Virus record (IMG/VR): IMGVR_UViG_3300027759_000044
From: a virus
Taxonomy: Duplodnaviria > Caudoviricetes
DNA length: 64,000 nt
Strand: one strand, 5' to 3'
The notes beneath the pieces were generated by a model. The model saw only the letters and a program-made list of their open reading frames with translations. It made no database searches and had not been told where the DNA came from. Made by a program: the position numbers and the translations under genes. The number at the start of each line of letters is the position of its first letter. The first letter of the stretch is position 1. Shown in pieces: positions 55,064-64,000 of the stretch.

Positions 55064-56089
55064 ATGCGTTTATTGTTGATAGCGGTATGTTTTATACTTA
55101 CCGCATGTGCTTCTACCTCTAAATCGGATAATTACATTCGTAGTACTGGTGTAGGCAATACCTACGAAGAAGCAAAAAACAATGCTTTTAAAGAAGCAAT
55201 TGAATACCATTTGGGTGTTGCAATTGCCAGTGAACGTGAATCACATAATGAAAATCTAACAAAGAATCAAATCCTTGCCTACAGTGCAGGTTATGTTGAT
55301 GAATATAAAATTATTTCACAACAACAAATCGGTAATAAAGTACATGTGGTACTAGATGTTAAGCTGTCTTTACTTAGATTAGGTGATAGGATTATGTCTA
55401 AGGGTAAAGATAGCAAAAATCTTGATGGTCCTAAACATGATAGTCAATATAAATCCTTCTTGGAAAATAAACAGAATGGTGATAGAATACTTGATAGCGT
55501 GTTGAATGATTATCCTAAACGAGCGTTTGACATTAAACAAAATGAATATACTATAAAAATTGATTCTAATAGAAATTTAATATTGATTGTTCCGTATGTT
55601 ATGAAGTGGAATGCCAATTATATTAAAGCATTTGATGATACTATTAAATTACTATCTGACGGCACTTTAAATTTACTTGAAGAATTTGTATTGGGAAACG
55701 CAAAAAGGAATAGGGCTAACTTTAACGGATCTGCCTATTTAGACTGGTCCGGATCTGTAAATTTAGGTAAAGGAATTTATTATTTTAAGGACTCTATTAT
55801 ACCAAAAAAATTAGTTCAAGGATTAGAAAAGCCTATGATCAATATGGAAATTAAAGACAATCGTAACCAATTACTGTATAGTAAATGTTTTAAGCACGGT
55901 GAAAATAAATATTATAAATTTGACTATGCTTTTGGTTCAACCGATCTTGAGATTTATCAACGTTCAAGTGAGAATACTCATATCTCCTTGGACATCCATC
56001 AGAATAGTAGTTTGGCACGTATGATGAAAAATTTATTTACAATTGAATTATCCGTCATACCTAAAAAGTTATGTCCACCTACTGAATAA
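55064..56089 (+). CDS. Lipoprotein
   Basis: Lipobox LTAC; [13 protein letters not shown] motif. Confidence 0.7.
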   Translation: MRLLLIAVCFILTACASTSKSDNYIRSTGVGNTYEEAKNNAFKEAIEYHLGVAIASERESHNENLTKNQILAYSAGYVDEYKIISQQQIGNKVHVVLDVKLSLLRLGDRIMSKGKDSKNLDGPKHDSQYKSFLENKQNGDRILDSVLNDYPKRAFDIKQNEYTIKIDSNRNLILIVPYVMKWNANYIKAFDDTIKLLSDGTLNLLEEFVLGNAKRNRANFNGSAYLDWSGSVNLGKGIYYFKDSIIPKKLVQGLEKPMINMEIKDNRNQLLYSKCFKHGENKYYKFDYAFGSTDLEIYQRSSENTHISLDIHQNSSLARMMKNLFTIELSVIPKKLCPPTE

Positions 56090-56102
56090 GATAAGTATTA
56101 AT

Positions 56103-57308
56103 ATGTCAACAGAAACAAAATTAAGTCATTGCTCATTCTGCGGTAATCATAAAGATACCGTAAATAAATTAATCGTAGGAGAAGATGTTGCTATTTGTAG
56201 CGATTGTATTGAACTCTGTACACAATTAATGGTGGATGAAAATAACTCATCGGAAGAGGTTATAGAAAAAGACCATCTTAGATATGATCCAGAAACTATT
56301 AAAGATTTTCTAGACCAGCATATCATTGGTCAAATTAATGCTAAAATGGTTCTTAGTGTAGCTATAGCTAATCACTATAAGCGTATTAACAATCCTCCAA
56401 AAGATTTAGAAATTCATAAAGGTAACGTATTACTGATCGGACCAACTGGTTCAGGTAAAACGTTGCTTGCTAAGACAGTAGCAAAATATCTCAAAGTGCC
56501 CTTCATTGTAGCTGATGCTACAAGTTTAACAGAAGCTGGATATGTAGGTGATGACGTTGAATCTATGATTAGTATGCTAGTCAATGCCGCAGGTGGCGAT
56601 CCTAAACTAGCAGAACGTGGTATTGTGTTTGTTGATGAAATTGACAAGATTGCCCGTAAAAGCGAAGGTGCAAGTATTACCCGTGATGTGTCAGGTGAGG
56701 GTGTACAGCAAGCATTATTAAAGATGGTTGAAGGTACAGTTTGTCGTATCCCGGCTGGTGGTGGACGTAAACATCCTAGTGGCGATATGATTGAGGTCAA
56801 TACAAAAGATATTCTATTCATTGCCGGTGGTGCTTTTGTTGGATTAAAAGATATTGTTAACAATAGAATAAATGGAACTAGTATTGGATTTGGTGCTGAA
56901 ATTAAAGACTCCCGCAAAGATGGTGATTTGTCTATGGTTAGTCCAGATGATTTAACACGATTCGGTATGATCCCTGAATTCATTGGACGTTTCACTACTA
57001 CAGTTAATGTAGATAATTTAACCAAAGATGAAATGATTCAGGTCCTGACAAAAGTTAAAAACAACTATATTGACCAATATAAGTATCTATTAAGTTTAGA
57101 TGATATTGAGTTAGATTTTACAGAAGATGCTATTTCTCAATTAGCTGAGAATACGATGAAATTAAAAACCGGTGCTCGTGGCTTACATACAGAGATTGAA
57201 AAGGTTTTAATGCCTCATATGTATAACACTAAGAAGTACCGTGAAAACAACATTAAAAAGATAAATATTAATCAGGAGCAAATTTTACAGCCAAAAGCCG
57301 CAATATGA
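56103..57308 (+). CDS. clpX: ATP-dependent Clp protease ATPase subunit
   Basis: CSFCG..C..C zinc finger, [41 protein letters not shown] loop and GARGL. Start moved from 56043; ATAAGTA lies 5 nt upstream. Confidence 0.96.
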   Translation: MSTETKLSHCSFCGNHKDTVNKLIVGEDVAICSDCIELCTQLMVDENNSSEEVIEKDHLRYDPETIKDFLDQHIIGQINAKMVLSVAIANHYKRINNPPKDLEIHKGNVLLIGPTGSGKTLLAKTVAKYLKVPFIVADATSLTEAGYVGDDVESMISMLVNAAGGDPKLAERGIVFVDEIDKIARKSEGASITRDVSGEGVQQALLKMVEGTVCRIPAGGGRKHPSGDMIEVNTKDILFIAGGAFVGLKDIVNNRINGTSIGFGAEIKDSRKDGDLSMVSPDDLTRFGMIPEFIGRFTTTVNVDNLTKDEMIQVLTKVKNNYIDQYKYLLSLDDIELDFTEDAISQLAENTMKLKTGARGLHTEIEKVLMPHMYNTKKYRENNIKKININQEQILQPKAAI

Positions 57309-57523
57309 TTAGAGGACGCAAAGTTTTAGTTAATGACGGAAATACAGAAAAGGCCCTACGTAAATTCAAAAAAATGATTACGGATTATGGTACTTTACAA
57401 GAAGTCCGTGACCGACAAGAATTTGTGAAACCTACTGTTAAACGCAAACTAGCTAAAAGTCAGGCTAAAAGACGTTGGGACAAATATTTGCGTGAACAAA
57501 CTTTACCTAAAAAGTTGTTTTAA
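57305..57523 (+). CDS. rpsU: Ribosomal protein bS21
   Basis: [14 protein letters not shown].....G.L.EVR.R..F.KPT.KR. Confidence 0.9.
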   Translation: MIRGRKVLVNDGNTEKALRKFKKMITDYGTLQEVRDRQEFVKPTVKRKLAKSQAKRRWDKYLREQTLPKKLF

Positions 57524-57562
57524 TTGCCCTAAATAATATATTTCTTTACACAATCTAGTATA

Positions 57563-57626
57563 ATAAATACTTTTCTATCGATGCCTAACGGGTCTATAGA
57601 AGAAAAAATCTTGCTTTACAAAGGAG
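57563..57626 (+). promoter_or_regulatory. Late promoter + 5' hairpin + ROSE-like SD hairpin (dnaK leader)
   Basis: ATAAATA, TTCTAT..ATAGAA stem, then TCTTGCT-TTACA-AAGGAGA. Confidence 0.55.
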
Positions 57627-57632
57627 AAAACT

Positions 57633-59528
57633 ATGAGCAAAGTAATCGGTATCGACCTAGGTACCACAAATTCATGTGTAGCCGTTATTGAAAACGGAAT
57701 TCCCAAAATAATTGAAAACAGCGAAGGTGCAAGAACTACTCCATCAATCGTTGCCTATGCCAATGATGAGATCCTAGTAGGTGCTAGTGCTAAACGTCAA
57801 TCAGTTACGAACCCAAAAAACACTATCTATGCTGCCAAGCGATTAATTGGACGTAAGTTCACTGAACAAGCCGTTCAAAAAGATATTGACTTGATGCCAT
57901 ATAAAATCGTTAAAAACGAGAATGGTGATGCATGGGTAGAAGTATTAGATAAAAAACTAGCACCCCCTCAAATTAGTGCTGAAGTCTTACGTAAAATGAA
58001 AAAGACTGCCGAGGATTATCTCGGTAAAGAAGTAACACAAGCTGTTATTACTGTACCGGCTTACTTTAACGATAGTCAACGTCAAGCTACTAAAGATGCA
58101 GGACGTATTGCAGGATTAGAAGTACTACGTATTATCAACGAACCTACAGCGGCTGCATTAGCATATGGTGTAGACAAACAAGACAAGAAGGATCGTAAGA
58201 TTGCTGTCTATGACTTGGGTGGTGGTACATTTGACGTATCTATTATTGAATTAGCAGATGTTGAGGGCGAAACTCAAATTGAAGTATTATCAACTAACGG
58301 TGATACATTCTTAGGTGGTGAAGACTTTGACCAACGTATCATGGACTATTTAGTTGACGAGTTTAAGAAAGACAATGCGGTTGATCTTAAGAAAGATATG
58401 CTAGCACTACAGCGTTTAAAAGAAGCGGCTGAGAAGGCTAAGATTGAATTGTCAAGTTCAGCACAAACAGATGTTAACTTACCATATATTACAGCCGATG
58501 CTAATGGTCCTAAACATTTGAATGTTAAGTTAAGTCGTGCTAAATTAGAATCATTAGTTGATGAATTAATTCAACGTAGTATTCAACCATGTAAGCAAGC
58601 AATGACTGATGCAGGTGTTTCTACATCTGATATTGATGAAGTTATTCTTGTTGGTGGTATGACACGTATGCCAAAAGTACAAGAAATTGTTGAATCATTG
58701 TTCGGTAAAGCACCTCGCAAGGATGTTAATCCAGACGAGGCAGTGGCAGCGGGTGCGGCACTTCAAGGTAGTGTATTAGCTGGTGAACGTACAGACGTAT
58801 TGTTACTTGATGTTACCCCATTAAGTTTGGGTATTGAAACATCAGGCGGTGTGTTTACTAAGTTGATTAAGAAGAATACAACTATTCCAACTAAACATTC
58901 ACAAGTGTTTTCAACAGCAGATGACAATCAACCAGCTGTAACTATTAAGGTTGCACAAGGTGAACGTGATTTGTTTACATACAATAAGATATTAGGTGAA
59001 TTTAATTTAGAGGGTATTCCACCTTCAATGCGTGGTGTTCCTCAGATTGAAGTTACCTTAGATATTGATGCTAACGGTATTCTTAATGTAAGTGCCAAAG
59101 ACAAAGGTACAGGCAAAGAGAATAAAATCACTATCAAATCTGATTCTGGATTAACTGAAAAAGAAATTCAACAGATGGTTAATGATGCTGAAGAAAATGC
59201 TGAATCTGATGCTAAACAAGTTAAATTCATTCAAGCAAAAAATAGCGGTGAATCAACCTTGAACAGTTTCCGTAAAGATTATGAAAAATACGGTGACAAA
59301 GTTACATCGGAAGAAAAAGAAAAAGCATCCAATGCTATTGATGCTTTGGAAGTTGCATTAGCTGGAACTGACGTTGAAGAAATTGACAACAAAGTTAAAG
59401 AACTATATGAAGCTATTGGTCCTGTTACTAAGGTTAAATCCGAAGAGGAACAAAAAGCTAAAGAAACATCTGAATCACAAAAGTCTGACGACAATGTGGT
59501 TGATGCAGAGGTTAAGGAATCAACTTAA
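57633..59528 (+). CDS. dnaK: Chaperone DnaK (Hsp70)
   Basis: [34 protein letters not shown] and VGGMTRMP. Confidence 0.98.
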   Translation: MSKVIGIDLGTTNSCVAVIENGIPKIIENSEGARTTPSIVAYANDEILVGASAKRQSVTNPKNTIYAAKRLIGRKFTEQAVQKDIDLMPYKIVKNENGDAWVEVLDKKLAPPQISAEVLRKMKKTAEDYLGKEVTQAVITVPAYFNDSQRQATKDAGRIAGLEVLRIINEPTAAALAYGVDKQDKKDRKIAVYDLGGGTFDVSIIELADVEGETQIEVLSTNGDTFLGGEDFDQRIMDYLVDEFKKDNAVDLKKDMLALQRLKEAAEKAKIELSSSAQTDVNLPYITADANGPKHLNVKLSRAKLESLVDELIQRSIQPCKQAMTDAGVSTSDIDEVILVGGMTRMPKVQEIVESLFGKAPRKDVNPDEAVAAGAALQGSVLAGERTDVLLLDVTPLSLGIETSGGVFTKLIKKNTTIPTKHSQVFSTADDNQPAVTIKVAQGERDLFTYNKILGEFNLEGIPPSMRGVPQIEVTLDIDANGILNVSAKDKGTGKENKITIKSDSGLTEKEIQQMVNDAEENAESDAKQVKFIQAKNSGESTLNSFRKDYEKYGDKVTSEEKEKASNAIDALEVALAGTDVEEIDNKVKELYEAIGPVTKVKSEEEQKAKETSESQKSDDNVVDAEVKEST

Positions 59529-59538
59529 CCTAAACAAA

Positions 59539-59591
59539 ATCGGGTGCCGCATTCGGCGGGCCCGATATCGTCATAACTTGCTTATTAGGAG
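59539..59591 (+). promoter_or_regulatory. ROSE-like RNA thermometer leader of hsp20
   Basis: GC-rich hairpin ATCGGG..CCCGAT, then CTTGCT-TATT-AGGAG (UUGCU paired to the SD). Confidence 0.6.
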
Positions 59592-59597
59592 AAAAAC

Positions 59598-60047
59598 ATG
59601 ACAACAAAAACACTAACCCTTCGTGCCATTGATATTCCATCAATTCACAAATTTGGCATCGGATTTGATTCCATGCTAGATAAATTAATGCTAGCCACAG
59701 CCGGGCAAACAAATACTAACTATCCACCTCACAATGTTATTAAAACAGGTGAGGAGACTGTAACCATTGAGATTGCTGTAGCTGGATTTGGTGAGAACGA
59801 TTTAGATATAAAATTAGATAGTAATGCTTTAATTATATCCGGTTCTAAATCACGTGAAGAAATGCTTAACTATGAATATTTACATAGAGGATTGAGTAAT
59901 AGAGATTTTACTCAAACATTCCCTTTAGCTGAACATGTTGAAGTTATACATGCTGAAGTAAAGAACGGGATTCTTTCTGTTTATTTGGAACGTAAAATTC
60001 CAGAAGAAAAGAAGCCGAAATCTATTGCTATTACTTACACTAAGTAA
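59598..60047 (+). CDS. Small heat shock protein Hsp20 (IbpA-like)
   Basis: NYPPHNV, IEIAVAGF, YLHRGL..R.F..F.LA and NGIL.V.L.R.IPEEKKP.SI.I. Confidence 0.95.
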   Translation: MTTKTLTLRAIDIPSIHKFGIGFDSMLDKLMLATAGQTNTNYPPHNVIKTGEETVTIEIAVAGFGENDLDIKLDSNALIISGSKSREEMLNYEYLHRGLSNRDFTQTFPLAEHVEVIHAEVKNGILSVYLERKIPEEKKPKSIAITYTK

Positions 60048-60062
60048 TATAATAAATTTTAC

Positions 60063-60092
60063 ATAAATAAGAGTGCGGGGAAACTCGCACTC
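60063..60092 (+). promoter_or_regulatory. Late promoter followed by a 9-bp GNRA hairpin (clpS leader, or - strand terminator)
   Basis: ATAAATA then GAGTGCGGG-GAAA-CTCGCACTC. Confidence 0.6.
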
Positions 60093-60109
60093 ACAACTAA
60101 ATTAACTAT

Positions 60110-60418
60110 ATGGCAAAAACAGAAATTAAAACAATACTTAAACCAAACTTGAGTTTAGTAGAACCCCCATTATTCAAAATCATTTATTTGAATGATGAAG
60201 TAACTAGTATGGAATTTGTTGTGGGTAGTCTAATTGAATATTTCAATTATACCGATGATACAGCATTACATATTACAGAAAATATACACAGTCAAGGTAG
60301 TGCTGTTGTTGCTGTTTTACCCTATGAAATTGCCGAACAAAAAGGCATTGAAGTAACAGTATCAGCACGAAGTCAAGGTTACCCTCTACAGGTTAAAGTA
60401 GAGTCTGAGACTGCTTAA
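60110..60418 (+). CDS. clpS: Clp protease adaptor ClpS
   Basis: PPLFKIIYLNDEVTSMEFVV, IHSQGSAVV..YEIAEQK and YPL. Confidence 0.9.
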   Translation: MAKTEIKTILKPNLSLVEPPLFKIIYLNDEVTSMEFVVGSLIEYFNYTDDTALHITENIHSQGSAVVAVLPYEIAEQKGIEVTVSARSQGYPLQVKVESETA

Positions 60419-61107
60419 ATTTCTATTCTTTTAGCCCAATAAGGGTTTCTGTTATAATAACTATTGTTAATATAGGTGATTCCATCAATTACAATATCAA
60501 CGGTTTTATCATAATCACCGTATATCCAGTGAGTTACTTTAGCCTCGAGGTCTTTGATTAATGATAATTTAAGTGGTGGGACAGAATGAATTATATCAGG
60601 CTCTTCACCGAACAACAATTCATAGCTAGGCGCTGAATGACTGACAATTATAATTTTCTTCACATCTAAATGTAATTGTAGTTTTTCTATAGAATTGCTT
60701 AAATAACCAATGTCTTGATATCGTTCGTGTTCTATGGCGTCTATTGGTAATAAAGGATAAGTATCCTGTTGATTAAACCAACCATTAGATCCTACAATAG
60801 CAATACCATCGATGATGACTACATGGTTATGTAAATAAGCTACGTTGCGTATACTTTTACATATGTTAAAAAGTTCATCGGTGCGGTGTGCTAAATTATT
60901 TACACCCTCATATTCTAATGATCCTGCGGTGTAGAACACACCTTGATAAAAGTGTGATAAATGTAATAGGGTTTGATGTATAGTACGTAAATCATTACTG
61001 ATGTTACCTGCTATAATACAATAGAGACTTGTTGCTTTACCTTCCCAACCAAATAGTTCGTTAGGTTTAAGATTTAAGTCACTGATTACATCAAACCCTA
61101 TTTTCAT
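60415..61107 (-). CDS. Degenerate calcineurin-like metallophosphoesterase
   Basis: SDLN (cf. SDLH), AGNI (cf. AGDI), GSLEY (cf. GNHEY), SHSAP (cf. THHAP) and YGDYD (cf. HGHTH). Confidence 0.6.
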   Translation of the reverse strand: MKIGFDVISDLNLKPNELFGWEGKATSLYCIIAGNISNDLRTIHQTLLHLSHFYQGVFYTAGSLEYEGVNNLAHRTDELFNICKSIRNVAYLHNHVVIIDGIAIVGSNGWFNQQDTYPLLPIDAIEHERYQDIGYLSNSIEKLQLHLDVKKIIIVSHSAPSYELLFGEEPDIIHSVPPLKLSLIKDLEAKVTHWIYGDYDKTVDIVIDGITYINNSYYNRNPYWAKRIEI

Positions 61108-61122
61108 TAATCAATTCAGTAG

Positions 61123-61458
61123 TTATTTTGCTACTGTTATTTTTGGCTTTGCAGGCGCCTTAGGTTTTGCTGTTTTTGCAGGTGCCTTAGCTGGAGCTTT
61201 AGCGGCTGTTTTTGCAGGTGCCTTAGGCTTTGCAGGTGCTTTGGCCTTCTTAGCAGGTGCCGCAATTGAAGCTTCTGTTCCTGCAGGAATTACTTCAACT
61301 TTTGGTGTTTCGGCTTTAACTGGTTCTGCTACTGGAGCAGGGGCTTCTACTTTATAAGAAGCAGTAATACTTGATTTATCGTCCCCGCGGACAATATTTC
61401 TCATAAAAAACCACCAAACACCTACACCCAAAATGACCAATACTATAATAATTTCCAT
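61123..61458 (-). CDS. Membrane-anchored PAK-repeat protein
   Basis: N-terminal TM helix and KAPAK repeats; SD AGGAG. Confidence 0.75.
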   Translation of the reverse strand: MEIIIVLVILGVGVWWFFMRNIVRGDDKSSITASYKVEAPAPVAEPVKAETPKVEVIPAGTEASIAAPAKKAKAPAKPKAPAKTAAKAPAKAPAKTAKPKAPAKPKITVAK

Positions 61459-61556
61459 TTAATTTCTCCTAAACATATATTTAATCACGGACATTAAAAC
61501 GGTTATTTTTCCTAATATATTGTTACATTGCATGGCCCTGCTACAATAAATACATT

Positions 61557-62048
61557 ATGACAAAAAGATCCGAACTTTCCAAACTAATGCGTGAACCGCT
61601 ACCAAGTATCGGTTACCAAAAACGTCTAAGCTATCGCACAACTCAAGCTGAGGTAGTAGAACTATACAAAATAATCAATCAGGTATGCTTTAACAATAAA
61701 TTGAACATGCCTGAAATTGAAATCACGCCCCGATGTAGGAAATATTGGGGAATGTGCTTTGCTAGTTATGATATAGTTAAATATCGCAAAACCTATTGTA
61801 AAATCCGTCTCATGGACAAATGGTTCTGTAAACAATGGTTAATCACTACCCTGGCACATGAAATGGTTCATCAATATCAATGGGATATTGACGGAGCTAA
61901 ACGTGAACGTGAGGGTAAGGAAAGAATAATGAGTCATGGTCCTAGCTTCTATGCCCATAGAGAAAGACTAGCTAAACACGGAATATCATTAAAAGTAGGT
62001 CATGGCCAAAAACGTTGGCTCAAGCATCAAAGTTTTGCCAAGTGTTGA
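61557..62048 (+). CDS. SprT-like zinc metalloprotease
   Basis: TLAHEMVH and SHGPSF; ATAAATA lies 4 nt upstream. Confidence 0.85.
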   Translation: MTKRSELSKLMREPLPSIGYQKRLSYRTTQAEVVELYKIINQVCFNNKLNMPEIEITPRCRKYWGMCFASYDIVKYRKTYCKIRLMDKWFCKQWLITTLAHEMVHQYQWDIDGAKREREGKERIMSHGPSFYAHRERLAKHGISLKVGHGQKRWLKHQSFAKC

Positions 62049-63125
62049 TTATTTGATATTTGGATTCTTAACTACGTTACCGTATTGATCCACTAGGATA
62101 ACGTCTTTTGTACCCTTCTTACCTATACCGCGAGTTAATGTAACTCCTAGGGGACGAATACCTGCTATTCCTAAACTTTCACTATTACGTCCACTGTCAT
62201 TTCGTAACTGCCAAACCATCAGATGGCTTTCTGGTATATCAGCAGAACTAGTAATAACTGCATGACAATCAACTGTTACAGTAGGACCATCTTGTACAAA
62301 GTGTTCCGGTTTGAATGTTTGAATAACAATTCCACCTTTAGGATTTAAATCACTTCCAAAGATAGCATTCAATGCTTCTTCTTCTGTTGGCTCTATAACA
62401 ATTTCCTTACTTAATTCATACACAGGAACTATGCCATTCTTTTTCTTACTCTCACCAATTTTATTAAGTTTAATATGACCTTCTTTGACTAACTTATCTA
62501 ATATACTACGGGCACGTTGTCCAAACAAATTGTCAGCACTTTCCCACATATCAGCATTTAACTTTTTAATACTTATTGGTAGAAATCCTTTAGGACTTTG
62601 TAACACAACGTCGGCTTTTTTACGATTACCGGTATCACGTCCTGCAACATTAACATTGATACAATTCTTAATGGTCATCTTTTTACCACGTGGGTCAACA
62701 AATGTTACATTAGCTGATCCGTACTTTTCAACTACAGATTGAATGATACTAGCTAACTCAATCTCATTGGCTATACCGGCACTATTATCACCTTGGCCGC
62801 CACTGTCTTTTATGACAACTTTTACTGGACCATTGGCAAAAATTATACCACCCAAACTGCTTATCCCTTTATCCATAGAGTATTCAACCCCATCATGTGG
62901 ATATGCTTTTTTAAGTACTGCTAGCACTTCTTGTAAGATATCATCTCGGAATTCAGCTTTCTTTGCACCATCAGGAATTTGTACCAAAACATTGATTTTA
63001 TTGCCGTTAATTTTGAAATCTTCATACCCAGCTTTACGCAGAGTCTGTTCCACATCATGTTTGGTAACAGTCTTTAATTGGTCATCCGCTTCAACCAAAG
63101 TTCTTGTAAATTCAGTATATCTCAT
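62049..63125 (-). CDS. PD-(D/E)xK-like nuclease domain protein with a Glu leader
   Basis: MRYTEF..LVEA leader; NE, KADVVL...ISIKK nuclease-type pattern. Late core at 63168-63174 on the - strand. Confidence 0.55.
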   Translation of the reverse strand: MRYTEFTRTLVEADDQLKTVTKHDVEQTLRKAGYEDFKINGNKINVLVQIPDGAKKAEFRDDILQEVLAVLKKAYPHDGVEYSMDKGISSLGGIIFANGPVKVVIKDSGGQGDNSAGIANEIELASIIQSVVEKYGSANVTFVDPRGKKMTIKNCINVNVAGRDTGNRKKADVVLQSPKGFLPISIKKLNADMWESADNLFGQRARSILDKLVKEGHIKLNKIGESKKKNGIVPVYELSKEIVIEPTEEEALNAIFGSDLNPKGGIVIQTFKPEHFVQDGPTVTVDCHAVITSSADIPESHLMVWQLRNDSGRNSESLGIAGIRPLGVTLTRGIGKKGTKDVILVDQYGNVVKNPNIK

Positions 63126-63203
63126 GTATAATATCTCAAATAATGTGCTAATTATAGCACTATTAAGTATTTATCGCAAAACATTTTTAAAGAAGGAAAC
63201 AAT

Positions 63204-63794
63204 ATGAGTTTAGTCCCAATGGTGTTAGAACAAACAAGTAAAGGTGAACGTAGCTATGACATTTATAGTCGTCTATTACGTGACCGTGTTATCTTGCTTG
63301 AAGGGGAAGTACATGACCAAATGGCAAATCTAATCGTTGCTCAACTGCTATACTTAGAAAGTGAAGGTTTTGAAAGGGATATCAGTCTTTATATCAACAG
63401 CCCGGGCGGCTCTGTAACAGCTGGTATGGCCATCTATGACTGTATTCAATTCATTAAACCCGATGTTCAAACAATCGTTATGGGTCAAGCCTGTTCAATG
63501 GGTTCATTACTAGCACAAGCCGGTGCTAAGGGTAAACGATTTATGTTACCAAATGCTAGACATATGGTACATCAACCGTCAGGGGGCGCACGTGGTCAAG
63601 CCACTGATATGTTAATTCAAGTAGAAGAAATTCTTGCTATGAAGAAAAACCTAACTGAAATCTATGTTAAGCACAACAGCGCAGGTAAGACGTTTGAACA
63701 ACTTACGGCTGATATGGAACGTGATAACTTTATGTCTGCTAAACAAGCACTTGAATATGGATTGATTGATAAAATTATGGAGAAAAGAGATTAA
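63204..63794 (+). CDS. clpP: ATP-dependent Clp protease proteolytic subunit
   Basis: [23 protein letters not shown] (catalytic Ser), MVHQP (His) and DMERDNFM (Asp). Confidence 0.97.
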   Translation: MSLVPMVLEQTSKGERSYDIYSRLLRDRVILLEGEVHDQMANLIVAQLLYLESEGFERDISLYINSPGGSVTAGMAIYDCIQFIKPDVQTIVMGQACSMGSLLAQAGAKGKRFMLPNARHMVHQPSGGARGQATDMLIQVEEILAMKKNLTEIYVKHNSAGKTFEQLTADMERDNFMSAKQALEYGLIDKIMEKRD

Positions 63795-63796
63795 TA

Positions 63797-64000
63797 ATGA
63801 ATCTGATTCTTAATCCTGCTAATGAATTAATTTATATCAAGGATATGACTGATATAATTGATTTTAAATCTATTATTAGTGAGTTTAATAATTTAAAATT
63901 TATTAAAAATACTCAAAATGAAATAACAGATAAATTAAACTTATTTGATGACATTAAATTTCAAAATAGTAAAAAATTATTGGAATTAGAATGTAAAAAT
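63797..64000 (+). CDS. 3'-truncated AT-rich hypothetical protein
   Basis: Open from ATG 63797 to the window end (68 codons). Confidence 0.55.
   Translation, partial: MNLILNPANELIYIKDMTDIIDFKSIISEFNNLKFIKNTQNEITDKLNLFDDIKFQNSKKLLELECKN

Noticed and set aside
56414-57025. 203-aa antisense ORF, and similar shadows at 40366-40737, 43509-43859, 53367-53735 and 62743-63207
   Set aside because: They lie opposite well-supported genes and have no motifs or translation signals.
56043-63794. Bacterial chromosome interpretation of the clpX, dnaK, clpP region
   Set aside because: The gene order is non-bacterial (no tig, lon, dnaJ or grpE), the same late promoter motif is used, and the genes are contiguous with T4-like genes.
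1-64000. Stop-codon reassignment as in some jumbo phages
   Set aside because: Conserved genes are full length in the standard code and coding density is already high.

Overview
The window looks like part of a large lytic T4-like (jumbo) dsDNA phage genome. It is AT-rich, gene-dense and mostly + strand, and reads in the standard genetic code. A freshwater proteobacterial host is plausible but is only an inference. Layout: (1) 1-12.2 kb and 30.4-33.6 kb hold late-type modular proteins whose domains are separated by recurring Glu-containing linkers (probable prohead-protease-processed capsid cargo), plus Dps, a thermonuclease and a 6-repeat beta-propeller. (2) 12.3-16.8 kb holds TilS, a DsbA-like protein, a family B DNA polymerase and a probable sliding clamp. 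(3) 16.8-30.4 kb is a 7-deazaguanine DNA-modification region: a TGT/DpdA-like enzyme, a 2OG-Fe oxygenase, a DpdL-like T-fold protein, a glycosyltransferase, FolE, QueD and QueE, with no QueC in the window. Sugar-nucleotide enzymes are interleaved, and a preQ1-I-like RNA structure lies in front of queD. (4) 33.6-39.2 kb holds UvsE, a ParB-like/GIY-YIG pair and an apparent restriction-modification pair. (5) 39-55 kb holds RNase H, small early genes behind repeated sigma70 promoters, DNA ligase and lipoproteins. (6) 56-64 kb is a proteostasis module: ClpX, bS21, DnaK, Hsp20, ClpS and ClpP, with ROSE-like thermometer motifs before dnaK and hsp20. Two promoter classes are readable: TTGACA-N17-TATAAT-like and T4-late-like NTAAATA, the latter often placed to give leaderless mRNAs. 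All product calls come from motif recognition by eye; no database searches were run.
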